DNA of 64,000 bases from assembly GCA_040772385.1 (NCBI GenBank), contig JAXGYF010000001.1:6701049-6765048 (forward strand), read 5' to 3'. This DNA comes from Candidatus Vecturithrix sp. (GTDB lineage: Bacteria; Moduliflexota; Moduliflexia; Moduliflexales; Moduliflexaceae). Within the stretch, counting starts at the first letter, position 1. Each line of letters starts with the position of its first letter. Under the pieces are notes generated by a model. It saw nothing but the letters and a program-made list of their open reading frames with translations, was not told the DNA's origin and did not search any database. A program made the translations under genes and the position numbers. Positions 26,537-35,424 of the stretch are shown piece after piece.

Positions 26537-28117
26537 CTATTTAAACGTCGCGGCGTCAAACATGAAAAATGATGGGGGGACTTCAAAATCTTCAAAGTTG
26601 GCGACGACTTGCCGCAATGGGGAGCCAAAAATCGCAAAGGGCCCATCATCCAGAATCTTGTCGGTAATCTGTTGATAGAGCGCCGTTCGCCGTTCGCCGT
26701 CCAGCGTATAGGCTGCTTCATCCACCAGGGCTGCGATTTCCGGATTGACGTATTGGTTTCTCCAGGCAAGGGATAAGACTTTGGCATCTTTGCCAATGCT
26801 GGTTGAGTGTGCAAAGGCTGTAGCATTATCATTCGGATCAGCATAATCCGATTGCCACTGTGCCAGTACCATCTGGTGCGCTTGATTCTGATACGTACGG
26901 TAGAGTTCCAGCCCTTCCATAAAGGTGAGTCTGACGCGAATCCCGATTTTCGCCAGATCGCTTTGCAGCTTGACCGCTATGGCTGACCAGGGATGCGACG
27001 GCGCGCAGAGCAGTTCGACTTCGAATCCCTCGGCATAACCTGCCTGATCCAATAAATTCCTGGCTTTTTCAAGATCAAACCTGTAGGGCGTCGCCGGATT
27101 ATAGCCAAAAATCCCCTGCGGAATGATTGTTTGGATTTTGATAGCAGCGCCTTGTAAAATTTCATGAATAATTGCGTCATAATCAATCGCATAACGCACG
27201 GCGTCGCGCACGCCTGATCTGCTCAACGGTTCATAACCCATGTTCATGCCGAGGTACATGATTGTAAATTCTGGGGTTTCAGAGACATGTAGATCAGGAT
27301 TATGATGAAGAAGTCGAATTTGTTCGGGCCGTAAATTCCAGGCTAAATCAATATCGCCTTTTTGCAGCATGATCATTTGCAGAAACGGATCCATATCTTT
27401 GACCGAGAGTTTGTTAAAAAAGGGTGTCCAGTTTTCCCAAAACCGTTCGCGCACGTTGAGCGTTAACTCCTGTCCGAGAGTCCATTGATCCAGGACAAAT
27501 GGGCCTGACCCGGCAGCATGAAAACGTAACCAGGCCGAACCAAGGTCGTTATTTTCCTCATGCTGCAACACAAGTGGTTGATCGAGAATGCATCCGACCG
27601 ACGGATACGCCAGACATGACAAAAAATGGTGCGGTGCATATTGACGTTTCAAGACAATTTGAACGGTGTACTCATCAAGCTTGCTGATGGATTCCGGGGT
27701 CACACCGAATTGGCTCAATCGCCTCGAGGGGGTTTCGGCAATCCGCAAGAGCCGTTGTAACGAAAACACCACATCATCGGCCGTCACCGGCTTGCCGCTG
27801 GCAAAAATCGCGTTGTGTTTGAGATGAAACACCCAGGTTTTGCCATCAGGGCCAATTTCCCAGGATTCGGCCAAATCGGGAACAATGCGCGTGCTATCGC
27901 CGAATTCAAAATCTACTAATTTATTATACAGATGGCTTAAAATGACCGTGGTGCCCTCGCCTTTGGTCCTGGCCGGATCAAGCGTCAACATGGCGCTGGT
28001 TTGTGCGCCGACGCGTAAGATGTCTTTTGGGGGCTGGGCATCTCCTGGCGCAGCCAATATGTGGAGCAGCATAATGATAAACAAAATCGACAGCATACCG
28101 TTGATTATATGTTTCAT
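26537..28117 (-). CDS. family-5 (peptide/nickel type) periplasmic solute-binding protein, embedded in the RND operon
   Basis: Signal peptide; LAESWEIGPDGKTWVFHLKHNAIFASGKPVTADDVVFSLQRLL signature of SBP_bac_5. Confidence 0.75.
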   Translation of the reverse strand: MKHIINGMLSILFIIMLLHILAAPGDAQPPKDILRVGAQTSAMLTLDPARTKGEGTTVILSHLYNKLVDFEFGDSTRIVPDLAESWEIGPDGKTWVFHLKHNAIFASGKPVTADDVVFSLQRLLRIAETPSRRLSQFGVTPESISKLDEYTVQIVLKRQYAPHHFLSCLAYPSVGCILDQPLVLQHEENNDLGSAWLRFHAAGSGPFVLDQWTLGQELTLNVRERFWENWTPFFNKLSVKDMDPFLQMIMLQKGDIDLAWNLRPEQIRLLHHNPDLHVSETPEFTIMYLGMNMGYEPLSRSGVRDAVRYAIDYDAIIHEILQGAAIKIQTIIPQGIFGYNPATPYRFDLEKARNLLDQAGYAEGFEVELLCAPSHPWSAIAVKLQSDLAKIGIRVRLTFMEGLELYRTYQNQAHQMVLAQWQSDYADPNDNATAFAHSTSIGKDAKVLSLAWRNQYVNPEIAALVDEAAYTLDGERRTALYQQITDKILDDGPFAIFGSPLRQVVANFEDFEVPPSFFMFDAATFK

Positions 28118-28150
28118 CGTTTTTCTCCTTGTTTTTTATAGAGCTCAATA

Positions 28151-28183
28151 AAAGCCGGGTTTTTTGAAAAAACCCGGCTTTTC
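28151..28183. repeat. PRE-family palindrome AAAGCCGGGTTTTTTGAAAAAACCCGGCTTT
   Basis: Read from sequence, between the MFP stop and the SBP start. Confidence 0.6.
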
Positions 28184-28188
28184 CTTGA

Positions 28189-29403
28189 TTATAACACTTT
28201 TACGCGAGCGTCGGGTTTTAACAGATGGGTGCCTTCAATGACAACCTGATCCTCTGACTGCAATTCATCTGCGGAGATCGCAGCGTTGACACCTTCGTCA
28301 TATCTCACCACTACCGCAATCTTTTGGACATTTGAATCAACCACCTTAAACACATAATAATTCTCGCCTTCTTTGACCAAAGCCTTCTTAGGGATGACTA
28401 AGGCGTCAGGGATATTTTCAATCTCGATATTAACGCGCGAAAACATGCCGGGTTTCACGACATAATTGGGATTTTTAACCAGGGCTTTTGCCAGAAAATT
28501 CCGATTTTGACGATCACCTTTGGGAACGATCCGTTCAATATTCCCGGAAAATTCCTGATCTTGCAGCGAATCAAAAAATACCTGCAACGTCATGTTCTCC
28601 TGAATCTGGCTGATATAGGATTCCGGAATTTCGACTTCAATATAGACGCGATCAATATCAATTAAATGAAAGATAATCTCGCCCGCGCTATAAATTTCGT
28701 GCAGATTGTAGTGTTTTTCATCAATAATTCCGCTGATAGGAGCGGTAATTTTTAAATCCTGCAGCTTATTTTGTAACAGCCTGATTTGCGCGTCTGTTTG
28801 TTTGACTGCTTCGAGCGACGTGTTTAACGCGGCTTGCGCGGCTTGCAATTGGTTATTGACTTCATCAACCTGCTGTTTAGGAACAAAACCTTCTTTCAAC
28901 AGTTCTTCATAGCGCGTGGCGTTCGTCCGAATGGTCTCAAAATTCGATTGTGCCTGATTCACATTTTGCAAAGCCGTGTTTTTGACCGTCACCATTTGTT
29001 GAATTTCGAGTTGTAAGTCGCTGTCATCAAATTCAACAATAACGTCCCCTTTGTTGACAAAATCGCCTTCTTTCCCTTTTAACAGCACGATTTCCCCGCC
29101 ATGCTTCCCCTGAACATTCGCTTCCGCATAGGGAACAGCAGTACCATAAAAGGTTTGGGTAACGTGAATATTTTCCTGTTTCACCGGGGCGACTTTCACG
29201 GGAATTCCCTGGCCTTCCTGGGAACTTTGAGGGGATTGAATCGGCGATGGACTGCTTTGAACGCCTTCCTGTGAGGCGGATTGTTTAACTGTCTGCGATT
29301 GAAACGATTGTTCCATGGATTTCTTGCCAAAAGAATATCCCAGATAGCCTCCGATTCCTAGCACAAGAATCGTTCCAACGACGAGTAGAATTTTTCTCTT
29401 CAT
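28189..29403 (-). CDS. RND efflux membrane fusion (periplasmic adaptor) protein
   Basis: N-terminal TM, long coiled-coil (QLQ.. repeats), beta-barrel/lipoyl-like segments of the HlyD_D23 type. Confidence 0.75.
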   Translation of the reverse strand: MKRKILLVVGTILVLGIGGYLGYSFGKKSMEQSFQSQTVKQSASQEGVQSSPSPIQSPQSSQEGQGIPVKVAPVKQENIHVTQTFYGTAVPYAEANVQGKHGGEIVLLKGKEGDFVNKGDVIVEFDDSDLQLEIQQMVTVKNTALQNVNQAQSNFETIRTNATRYEELLKEGFVPKQQVDEVNNQLQAAQAALNTSLEAVKQTDAQIRLLQNKLQDLKITAPISGIIDEKHYNLHEIYSAGEIIFHLIDIDRVYIEVEIPESYISQIQENMTLQVFFDSLQDQEFSGNIERIVPKGDRQNRNFLAKALVKNPNYVVKPGMFSRVNIEIENIPDALVIPKKALVKEGENYYVFKVVDSNVQKIAVVVRYDEGVNAAISADELQSEDQVVIEGTHLLKPDARVKVL

Positions 29404-29529
29404 GTATATCCCTCCGGGGTTGTGGTGTTATCTGTCTTTTTATTCATACTGAGCATATCTCTTGATCATGGCTTCATTAGGCCATCATGAACGAATGGTT
29501 AAAATCTTATGAAAAATTATTCAATCTTG

Positions 29530-30816
29530 TTACATTTTGGCGCCCGGGATCATGTCTTTGAGAAGAGCGTATTTTGTCCGCATCCGGTTTTGAAACGCCT
29601 CAATTTGCAACGCTGACTCAAGCCAGGGATATTTTTTCATTGCTGCCGCGAGATCAATTTTCGTAAAGCGCAGCATGATTACATCTGTCTTGGCCACGAC
29701 CGTTGCCGAACGAGGTTCGTCAGTCACTAAGGCTTGTTCGCCAAAAAAATCGCCACTCGTCAACGTGGCCAGCAAAAACGGTTCTGTCTTCTCACCATTT
29801 CCTTCATCAGTTAATGAAGCATAGACTCCGAGTTTTCCTGAGACGATAAAGAACATGCTGTCGCCCGGCTGCGCCTCGCGTACGATTTTGACGCCTGTTT
29901 TCGCTTTGACAGGCTTAAAATATTTGACAATCTTCTGGCGATCTTGCGGCGCAAGCTGACTGAAGAGGGGAACACGCGCCAGGGCCGTATCCAGCATGCG
30001 TCGCCTGTATAACGTTTTCAGAGATTCAGTGACAGAAGGACGGTTTTTGGCGAGTGTGAGCACCACGTCACGCGGAATTTCCAGAACGAGGCACGCCTGG
30101 TCAGCAATCACGGAAAGATTGGGATCAACGCGACCGAACAGGGCAAATTCGCCAAAGGACGATCCCGCTTCCAGAGTCGCAAGAAAGATGCCCTGTTGGT
30201 CTTTATCTTTGCCCATCACGGTGACATTGCCTTGTAAGATAATGAACAATGAGCGTCGCACATTTCCTCCGCGAATTACCGCTTCATTGGGTGCAAAATG
30301 TTTGAGGACGGAGTGATCCTGCATTCCTCGCAATTCGGATAAAGAAAGTTTCGTAAAGAGCGGAACCTGCTTCAGCGCAGTCAGCACATCAATCTCGGCT
30401 GCAGGCTGCTGCTCTGAGAGGTCGTTCTCTTCTTCAAGCAATTCGGACTCAGACGTTTCAGGATGCTCGCCTTGTAAAGCTTCGATGTGTTTTATAGATT
30501 CGTTATACTCATCCAATTGGACGTCGGAAATGGTCTTGCGTTGGAAATACAACTCGCCTAAACGTTCGAGTATCTCTTCGCGCTCAGGATCGATCCGCAC
30601 AATTAATTGGGCTGCAGCCATGGCTTTCATGATCTGTCCCTGATCCGCATAGAAGAGCGCGACTCTTGCAAACTCCTGGATCGCGTCTTCTTGCTGCCCG
30701 GCACGCTCATACAGTTTTCCAAGCGCCAGGCGCAGCGGAACGGTACGCGCTGACTCTCCCGACTGCGCTGCTAACAGAGCATGGTATTTTTCAATTTCCG
30801 CGTCAATATCGCTCAC
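29530..30816 (-). CDS. protein with TPR-like N-terminus and two cyclic-nucleotide-binding (CAP_ED) domains
   Basis: Two copies of the cNMP-binding pattern (FGEFALFG..., FGEQALVTDEPRSATVVA). Confidence 0.65.
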   Translation of the reverse strand: MSDIDAEIEKYHALLAAQSGESARTVPLRLALGKLYERAGQQEDAIQEFARVALFYADQGQIMKAMAAAQLIVRIDPEREEILERLGELYFQRKTISDVQLDEYNESIKHIEALQGEHPETSESELLEEENDLSEQQPAAEIDVLTALKQVPLFTKLSLSELRGMQDHSVLKHFAPNEAVIRGGNVRRSLFIILQGNVTVMGKDKDQQGIFLATLEAGSSFGEFALFGRVDPNLSVIADQACLVLEIPRDVVLTLAKNRPSVTESLKTLYRRRMLDTALARVPLFSQLAPQDRQKIVKYFKPVKAKTGVKIVREAQPGDSMFFIVSGKLGVYASLTDEGNGEKTEPFLLATLTSGDFFGEQALVTDEPRSATVVAKTDVIMLRFTKIDLAAAMKKYPWLESALQIEAFQNRMRTKYALLKDMIPGAKM

Positions 30817-31110
30817 TTTACATTTTAGAATACCCCTGATGTATCTTCCTATACGAAATGAACATACACAAACGGCATCCAGACTCTTTTCTGTTGGGTC
30901 ACTGACTGATATTTTTCACAAAACGAATTTCAAGTCAGCCCTTACATACACTATTCCTTCTGTCAAGAAAAGGTTCTGCATGATGAATGAAAATTTCAGA
31001 ATAAATCTTATTTCCAGAAACAACGATTTTTCCTTGACTTCACACAATGAGATGATAAAGATAAAAATGTAGGTGTACCCATGATGTAAACATCATAAGT
31101 AAAAAAAGGA

Positions 31111-31476
31111 GTGAATGATATGGCTTATCATGAACCTGTTGAAGAATTACAACCGATTGATCGCGATATTCACCGCGCGTTAAATTCGTTGAAAGAAGAG
31201 ATTGAAGCTGTTGATTGGTATCATCAGCGAGTGGTCACGGCTTCTGATCCGGAACTCAAAAGCCTGGTAGCTCACAATCGCGATGAAGAAATTGAACACG
31301 CCTGTATGGCGATTGAATGGCTGCGCCGTAATATGCCGGCCTGGGATGAGCAGTTACGCATGTATCTGTTCACCAACGCGCCTATTACAGAAATCGAAGA
31401 AGGCGCAGAAGGAGAAGGCGGTGAAGCCGCTGGCCCGGGGGGGCGTGGCGACCTTGGGATTGGAAGTTTGAAATAA
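31111..31476 (+). CDS. encapsulated ferritin-like protein (EncFtn/Flp cargo) with C-terminal targeting peptide
   Basis: EEIEHACMAIEWL ferroxidase-type motif; Gly-rich linker; C-terminal GDLGIGSLK matches the encapsulin cargo-loading peptide. Confidence 0.75.
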   Translation: MNDMAYHEPVEELQPIDRDIHRALNSLKEEIEAVDWYHQRVVTASDPELKSLVAHNRDEEIEHACMAIEWLRRNMPAWDEQLRMYLFTNAPITEIEEGAEGEGGEAAGPGGRGDLGIGSLK

Positions 31477-31511
31477 AGAACGAATGAAAATTTCACTTTC
31501 AAAGGAGTTGA

Positions 31512-31590
31512 CATGAGCAGGCTGCTCACCTGGTATGATGAAACTGGATGCAGAAAGCCTTGCTTATGGGTAACCCTTATAGTTTCACAG
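31512..31590 (+). promoter_or_regulatory. Family-L leader copy (CATGAGCAGGCTGCTCACCTG...ATGAAACTGG...CCTTGCTTATGGGTAACCCTTATAGTTTCA) directly 5' of the encapsulin RBS
   Basis: Shares the ordered modules of the Hsp70 leaders; read from sequence. Confidence 0.5.
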
Positions 31591-31601
31591 GAGGGAAAAT
31601 T

Positions 31602-32399
31602 ATGGATATGTTAAAGCGTTCTTTAGCGCCTATTACAGATGGTGCTTGGGCTGAAATTCAGGAGCAGGCGAAAAAATCATTGACCTCAACGTTAACCGCG
31701 CGAAAATTCGTTGACGTTGCTGGCCCCAAAGGGTGGGATTATACAGTTGTGCCGACCGGAAGATTGACGGTTGCCAAATCTCAGCCCAAAAATGGCGTTA
31801 AATACGGAATTTATCAGGTACAGCCGCTGATTGAAACCCGCATTCCTTTTGAATTAGACATCTGGGAACTTGATAATATTGTGCGCGGCGCGCGCGATAT
31901 TGAACTCCAGCCCGTGATTGATGCGGCTCGAAAGGCCGCGTTGTTCGAAGAACAGGCAATTTATCACGGATTCAAAGATGGGGCGATTGCCGGAATTCTT
32001 GCCTCAATCGAACATAAAGCGCTTCCTATGACCGATAATCCGGGTGGATTTCTGCAAGCTCTTGTGAAAGGAATTACAACATTAACCCAGGCATCAATTG
32101 ACGGACCTTATGCGCTCGTAGTCAACCCGGACATCTGGGCCGCAATGTCCGGATCTATTCAGGGCTATCCGCTCACAAAACGCGTTGAGAATATTACCGG
32201 TGGACCAACGATTCTCTGCCCGGCTATTCAGGATGCCTTCCTGGTATCTGTGCGCGGCGGCGATCTGGAATTGATCATCGGTCAGGATTTTTCGATTGGC
32301 TATGAGGCCCACGACGGCAAAAAGGTCACGCTCTTCTTGACCGAATCCTTTACCTTCAGAGTGCTTGATCCGAATGTACTTTTCCGATTCAGTAAATAG
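31602..32399 (+). CDS. family-1 encapsulin nanocompartment shell protein
   Basis: Strong by-eye alignment to T. maritima encapsulin (MDMLKRSLAPIT, KFVDVAGPKGWDY, LDIWELDN, GPYALVVNPDIWA, YPLTKRVE, GGDLELIIGQDFSIGYE, LFLTESFTFRVLDP); AGGAGGG RBS. Confidence 0.85.
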   Translation: MDMLKRSLAPITDGAWAEIQEQAKKSLTSTLTARKFVDVAGPKGWDYTVVPTGRLTVAKSQPKNGVKYGIYQVQPLIETRIPFELDIWELDNIVRGARDIELQPVIDAARKAALFEEQAIYHGFKDGAIAGILASIEHKALPMTDNPGGFLQALVKGITTLTQASIDGPYALVVNPDIWAAMSGSIQGYPLTKRVENITGGPTILCPAIQDAFLVSVRGGDLELIIGQDFSIGYEAHDGKKVTLFLTESFTFRVLDPNVLFRFSK

Positions 32400-32436
32400 A
32401 CTTCAGAAGAATTAATGTATCTCCCTCTCCCGCCTT

Positions 32437-33429
32437 TTGCGTTCTTGCAAGAGACAGGAGAGGGAGTTGTTCCGCAGTCACTTGCAGACCTATCTTCTTC
32501 AACGGCTGATCGCCGCGTGTGTGACAGTACTGATTGTGCTCACCGTCGTATTTGTGATTCTACGACTGATCCCTGGTGATCCGGCGCAACTTATTCTGGG
32601 GCTGGAGGCGCCGCAGGAACGGGTGCAGGAAGTTCGGCGTCTGTTAGGGATAGATCGCCCCATCATCCTTCAATATTTTACCTGGCTCAAAGATCTGTGT
32701 CTCGGTAATTTCGGGCAATCGCTCAGGTCGCAAGAACCTGTGTTCTCCTTACTTCTCAGCCGTCTGCCCGTCACATTCTGGCTCGCGACTCTTTCTCTCA
32801 TTATTTCCGTGTTCATTGCGTTTCCCCTGGGAATTTTCTCTGCACTGCGACCGTGGTCGTGGGTAGATTTCTTCAGCCTGTTTGCCGCACAGTTAGGATT
32901 AGCTATGCCCGATTTCTGGCTGGGTATTCTGTTGATGCTGTTCTTTGCCGTGAAACTCCAATGGCTGCCCTTGCTCGGGTACGTCAATTTCTCTGAAAGT
33001 CCCGTGCAATGGCTGCTTCATCTGCTTCTGCCGGCGTTTGCCCTGGGATGTATTCGCGCCGCCATTTTGACACGCATGATCCGCTTTTCATTATTAGACG
33101 AATTGGGTAAAGAATATGTCATAGCGGCCAGAGCTAAAGGACTTGCAGAACGTGTCGTGGTTCTGCACCATGCCATGAGAAATGCCCTATTTCCGGTCAT
33201 CACCATTTCCGGCTTACAATTCGGCTATTTACTCGGCGGCGCGATTATCATCGAACAGATTTTTGGGTTGCCCGGAATCGGTCGTCTATTACTGACTGCG
33301 ATCTCAGGGCGAGATTTTCCGGTAGTTCAGGGAGTGGTGGCATTTATTGCCGTCATCTTTACCGGGCTGAATCTGATCATTGATGTGGTCTATGGTCTTC
33401 TGAACCCCAAAATTTCTCTGCAATCATGA
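32437..33429 (+). CDS. ABC peptide/nickel-type transporter permease (DppB/OppB-like)
   Basis: 6 TM segments, LIPGDP N-terminal motif and EAA-loop region (YVIAARAKGL); the true start is probably a non-ATG codon. Confidence 0.7.
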   Translation: MRSCKRQERELFRSHLQTYLLQRLIAACVTVLIVLTVVFVILRLIPGDPAQLILGLEAPQERVQEVRRLLGIDRPIILQYFTWLKDLCLGNFGQSLRSQEPVFSLLLSRLPVTFWLATLSLIISVFIAFPLGIFSALRPWSWVDFFSLFAAQLGLAMPDFWLGILLMLFFAVKLQWLPLLGYVNFSESPVQWLLHLLLPAFALGCIRAAILTRMIRFSLLDELGKEYVIAARAKGLAERVVVLHHAMRNALFPVITISGLQFGYLLGGAIIIEQIFGLPGIGRLLLTAISGRDFPVVQGVVAFIAVIFTGLNLIIDVVYGLLNPKISLQS

Positions 33430-34310
33430 TACGACGGAATAAGGCTATCGTGGCTGGCATGACGATTTTGTCTCTCCTTTTGGCGTGCGCGATCTTCGCT
33501 CCGTGTTTGACAGCATTTCCGCCAGATCAGATGAATTACCAGAATCGCATAGAATTGCCCTCACGCCTCCACCTCTTTGGCACAGATTATTTTGGGCGCG
33601 ATATTTTTGCCCGGACGATTTATGGCAGCCGCATTGCCTTTTTAGTAGGTGTCCTTTCCGTATCATTCGGCGCGATTCCCGGACTCTTGCTGGGGCTGCT
33701 GGCTGGATATAAACAAGGCTGGATCGAGATGGTGATCATGCGCCTCATGGATGGATTTCTGGCCTTTCCTGCCCTGCTTTTAGCCATTGCCATGATCACC
33801 GTGCTCGGCCCTGGACATGTTCAAGCCACGCTCAGTATCGGCATTATCCTGCTGCCGGCCTTTACTCGCCTTGTGCGCGGACAGGTTTTAGCGATTCGGG
33901 CAGAAGAATACGTGCAGGCTGCAATTGCCCTGGGCGCCTCTGATCGCGGCATCATCTTGCGGCATATTCTGCCTAATGTGATGGGGCCGATGATCGTACA
34001 AACCACGGTCTCGTTTGCGAATGCGATTCTCATTGAAGCCGGACTCAGTTTTCTGGGACTCGGCACCCAGCCGCCGATCCCCAGTTGGGGGGCCATGCTG
34101 CAGGAAGCCAAAAATTTCATGGATTTACAGCCCTGGGCCGCGATTCTCCCTGGTCTGGCCATTGCCCTGGCCGTCATGGGCTTCAACTTATTTGGCGATG
34201 GCCTGCGCGATTGGCTTGACCCCCGCTTTCGCCATCGCAATCCCGCACCAATGTGGCCTGAGCGATCCAAACCATCGCAGAAGAAATCCAATTCATCGCC
34301 GGCACACTGA
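33426..34310 (+). CDS. ABC peptide/nickel-type transporter permease (DppC/OppC-like)
   Basis: BPD_transp_1 pattern with OppC-type N-terminus; 4-nt overlap with the upstream permease. Confidence 0.7.
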   Translation: MIRRNKAIVAGMTILSLLLACAIFAPCLTAFPPDQMNYQNRIELPSRLHLFGTDYFGRDIFARTIYGSRIAFLVGVLSVSFGAIPGLLLGLLAGYKQGWIEMVIMRLMDGFLAFPALLLAIAMITVLGPGHVQATLSIGIILLPAFTRLVRGQVLAIRAEEYVQAAIALGASDRGIILRHILPNVMGPMIVQTTVSFANAILIEAGLSFLGLGTQPPIPSWGAMLQEAKNFMDLQPWAAILPGLAIALAVMGFNLFGDGLRDWLDPRFRHRNPAPMWPERSKPSQKKSNSSPAH

Positions 34311-34369
34311 CAACCGCTTCAGCGATTTTGCCCCTCACCGGAAATCGCTGAATACGTTCTGAAAATTTC

Positions 34370-34418
34370 GGAGTGCCAAAGCTCTGCGTTGGTCGCGAAA
34401 GCAGAGCTTTGGCACTCC
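34370..34418. repeat. Family-S hairpin GGAGTGCCAAAGCTCTGC-gttggtcgcgaaa-GCAGAGCTTTGGCACTCC
   Basis: 18-bp perfect arms read from sequence, between convergent genes. Confidence 0.6.
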
Positions 34419-34473
34419 GATCGTCGAAAACTTCACAGTCCTGGGGAAATAAAGAGAAGGGGTAAGTATCGTT

Positions 34474-35289
34474 CTACAATTGTTCGGCCTGCTGCCGTTC
34501 CTGAACCACCTGTTTCAGAATAGTCGTCCCATTAATGGCGGCTGGAAATCCTGCATAGACTGACATTAACAGCATAATTTCTCGAATGTTCTCAACAGTC
34601 AGCCCAATATTTAACCCGGCATTGATATGAAATTTCAATTGCGGCTGCGCATTTCCTAATGCGGTGAGTGCCGCAATCGTTGCAACCTGCCGATGTGTTT
34701 TCGCTAAATTATTTCTGGCATAAATATCGGCATATCCGAATTCAAGGGTGAATTTCACAAGTTCCGAAGAAATGTCATAATACGCTTCTTTCAACCTTTC
34801 TACCTGCGCGCTATCTAATTGAGATAATTCAGCGACACCAATATCATACCGGGTTGCGTTGGTAAATTCATAGGTTGGAGGAATTCCCAGAGGATCATGG
34901 ATCCCGCGCTCATGCCGATCTCTCAACACCCCCTTCAAGGCATTCATAGCATTGATACAACCGGGAAAACCTGCATAGACTGACATTTGAAGAATCACTT
35001 CTTTGACTTCATTGATGGTGCAACCTACATTTAATGCGCCATTGAGATGGACATTCAATTGTGGGTATGCCGTTCCCATAGCAGTCAGTGCAGCAACTAC
35101 CGCAATTTCTTTTAATTTTAAGTCAAGTCCATCGCGTGCATAAATATCGCCAAACGAATATTCTATGATGAACCGCCCTAAATCTGGCGAAATATCGCGC
35201 AAACTGTTGATGACTTTCTCTCCGGCTTCTCCATCAATTTCTTTCAGTTTCTCCCATCCTCTTTGGTATCGTTCATTTTCTGTGCTCAT
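34474..35289 (-). CDS. tandem carboxymuconolactone decarboxylase (AhpD-like) family protein
   Basis: Two CMD-domain repeats with an internal duplication (YAGFPGCINAMNAL / YAGFPAAINGTTIL). Confidence 0.65.
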   Translation of the reverse strand: MSTENERYQRGWEKLKEIDGEAGEKVINSLRDISPDLGRFIIEYSFGDIYARDGLDLKLKEIAVVAALTAMGTAYPQLNVHLNGALNVGCTINEVKEVILQMSVYAGFPGCINAMNALKGVLRDRHERGIHDPLGIPPTYEFTNATRYDIGVAELSQLDSAQVERLKEAYYDISSELVKFTLEFGYADIYARNNLAKTHRQVATIAALTALGNAQPQLKFHINAGLNIGLTVENIREIMLLMSVYAGFPAAINGTTILKQVVQERQQAEQL

Positions 35290-35424
35290 TGGGCTTTCTC
35301 CTTGACATAGTACTTTTTCAGCACGTTGTTTCGACCATTTCTTTCTCCAGCAGATATAAATGCCTTGTCAAGATTTTTCAGATCGCTATCCCCTTAGAAA
35401 ATTTGTGACTTTGTTATTACAACA

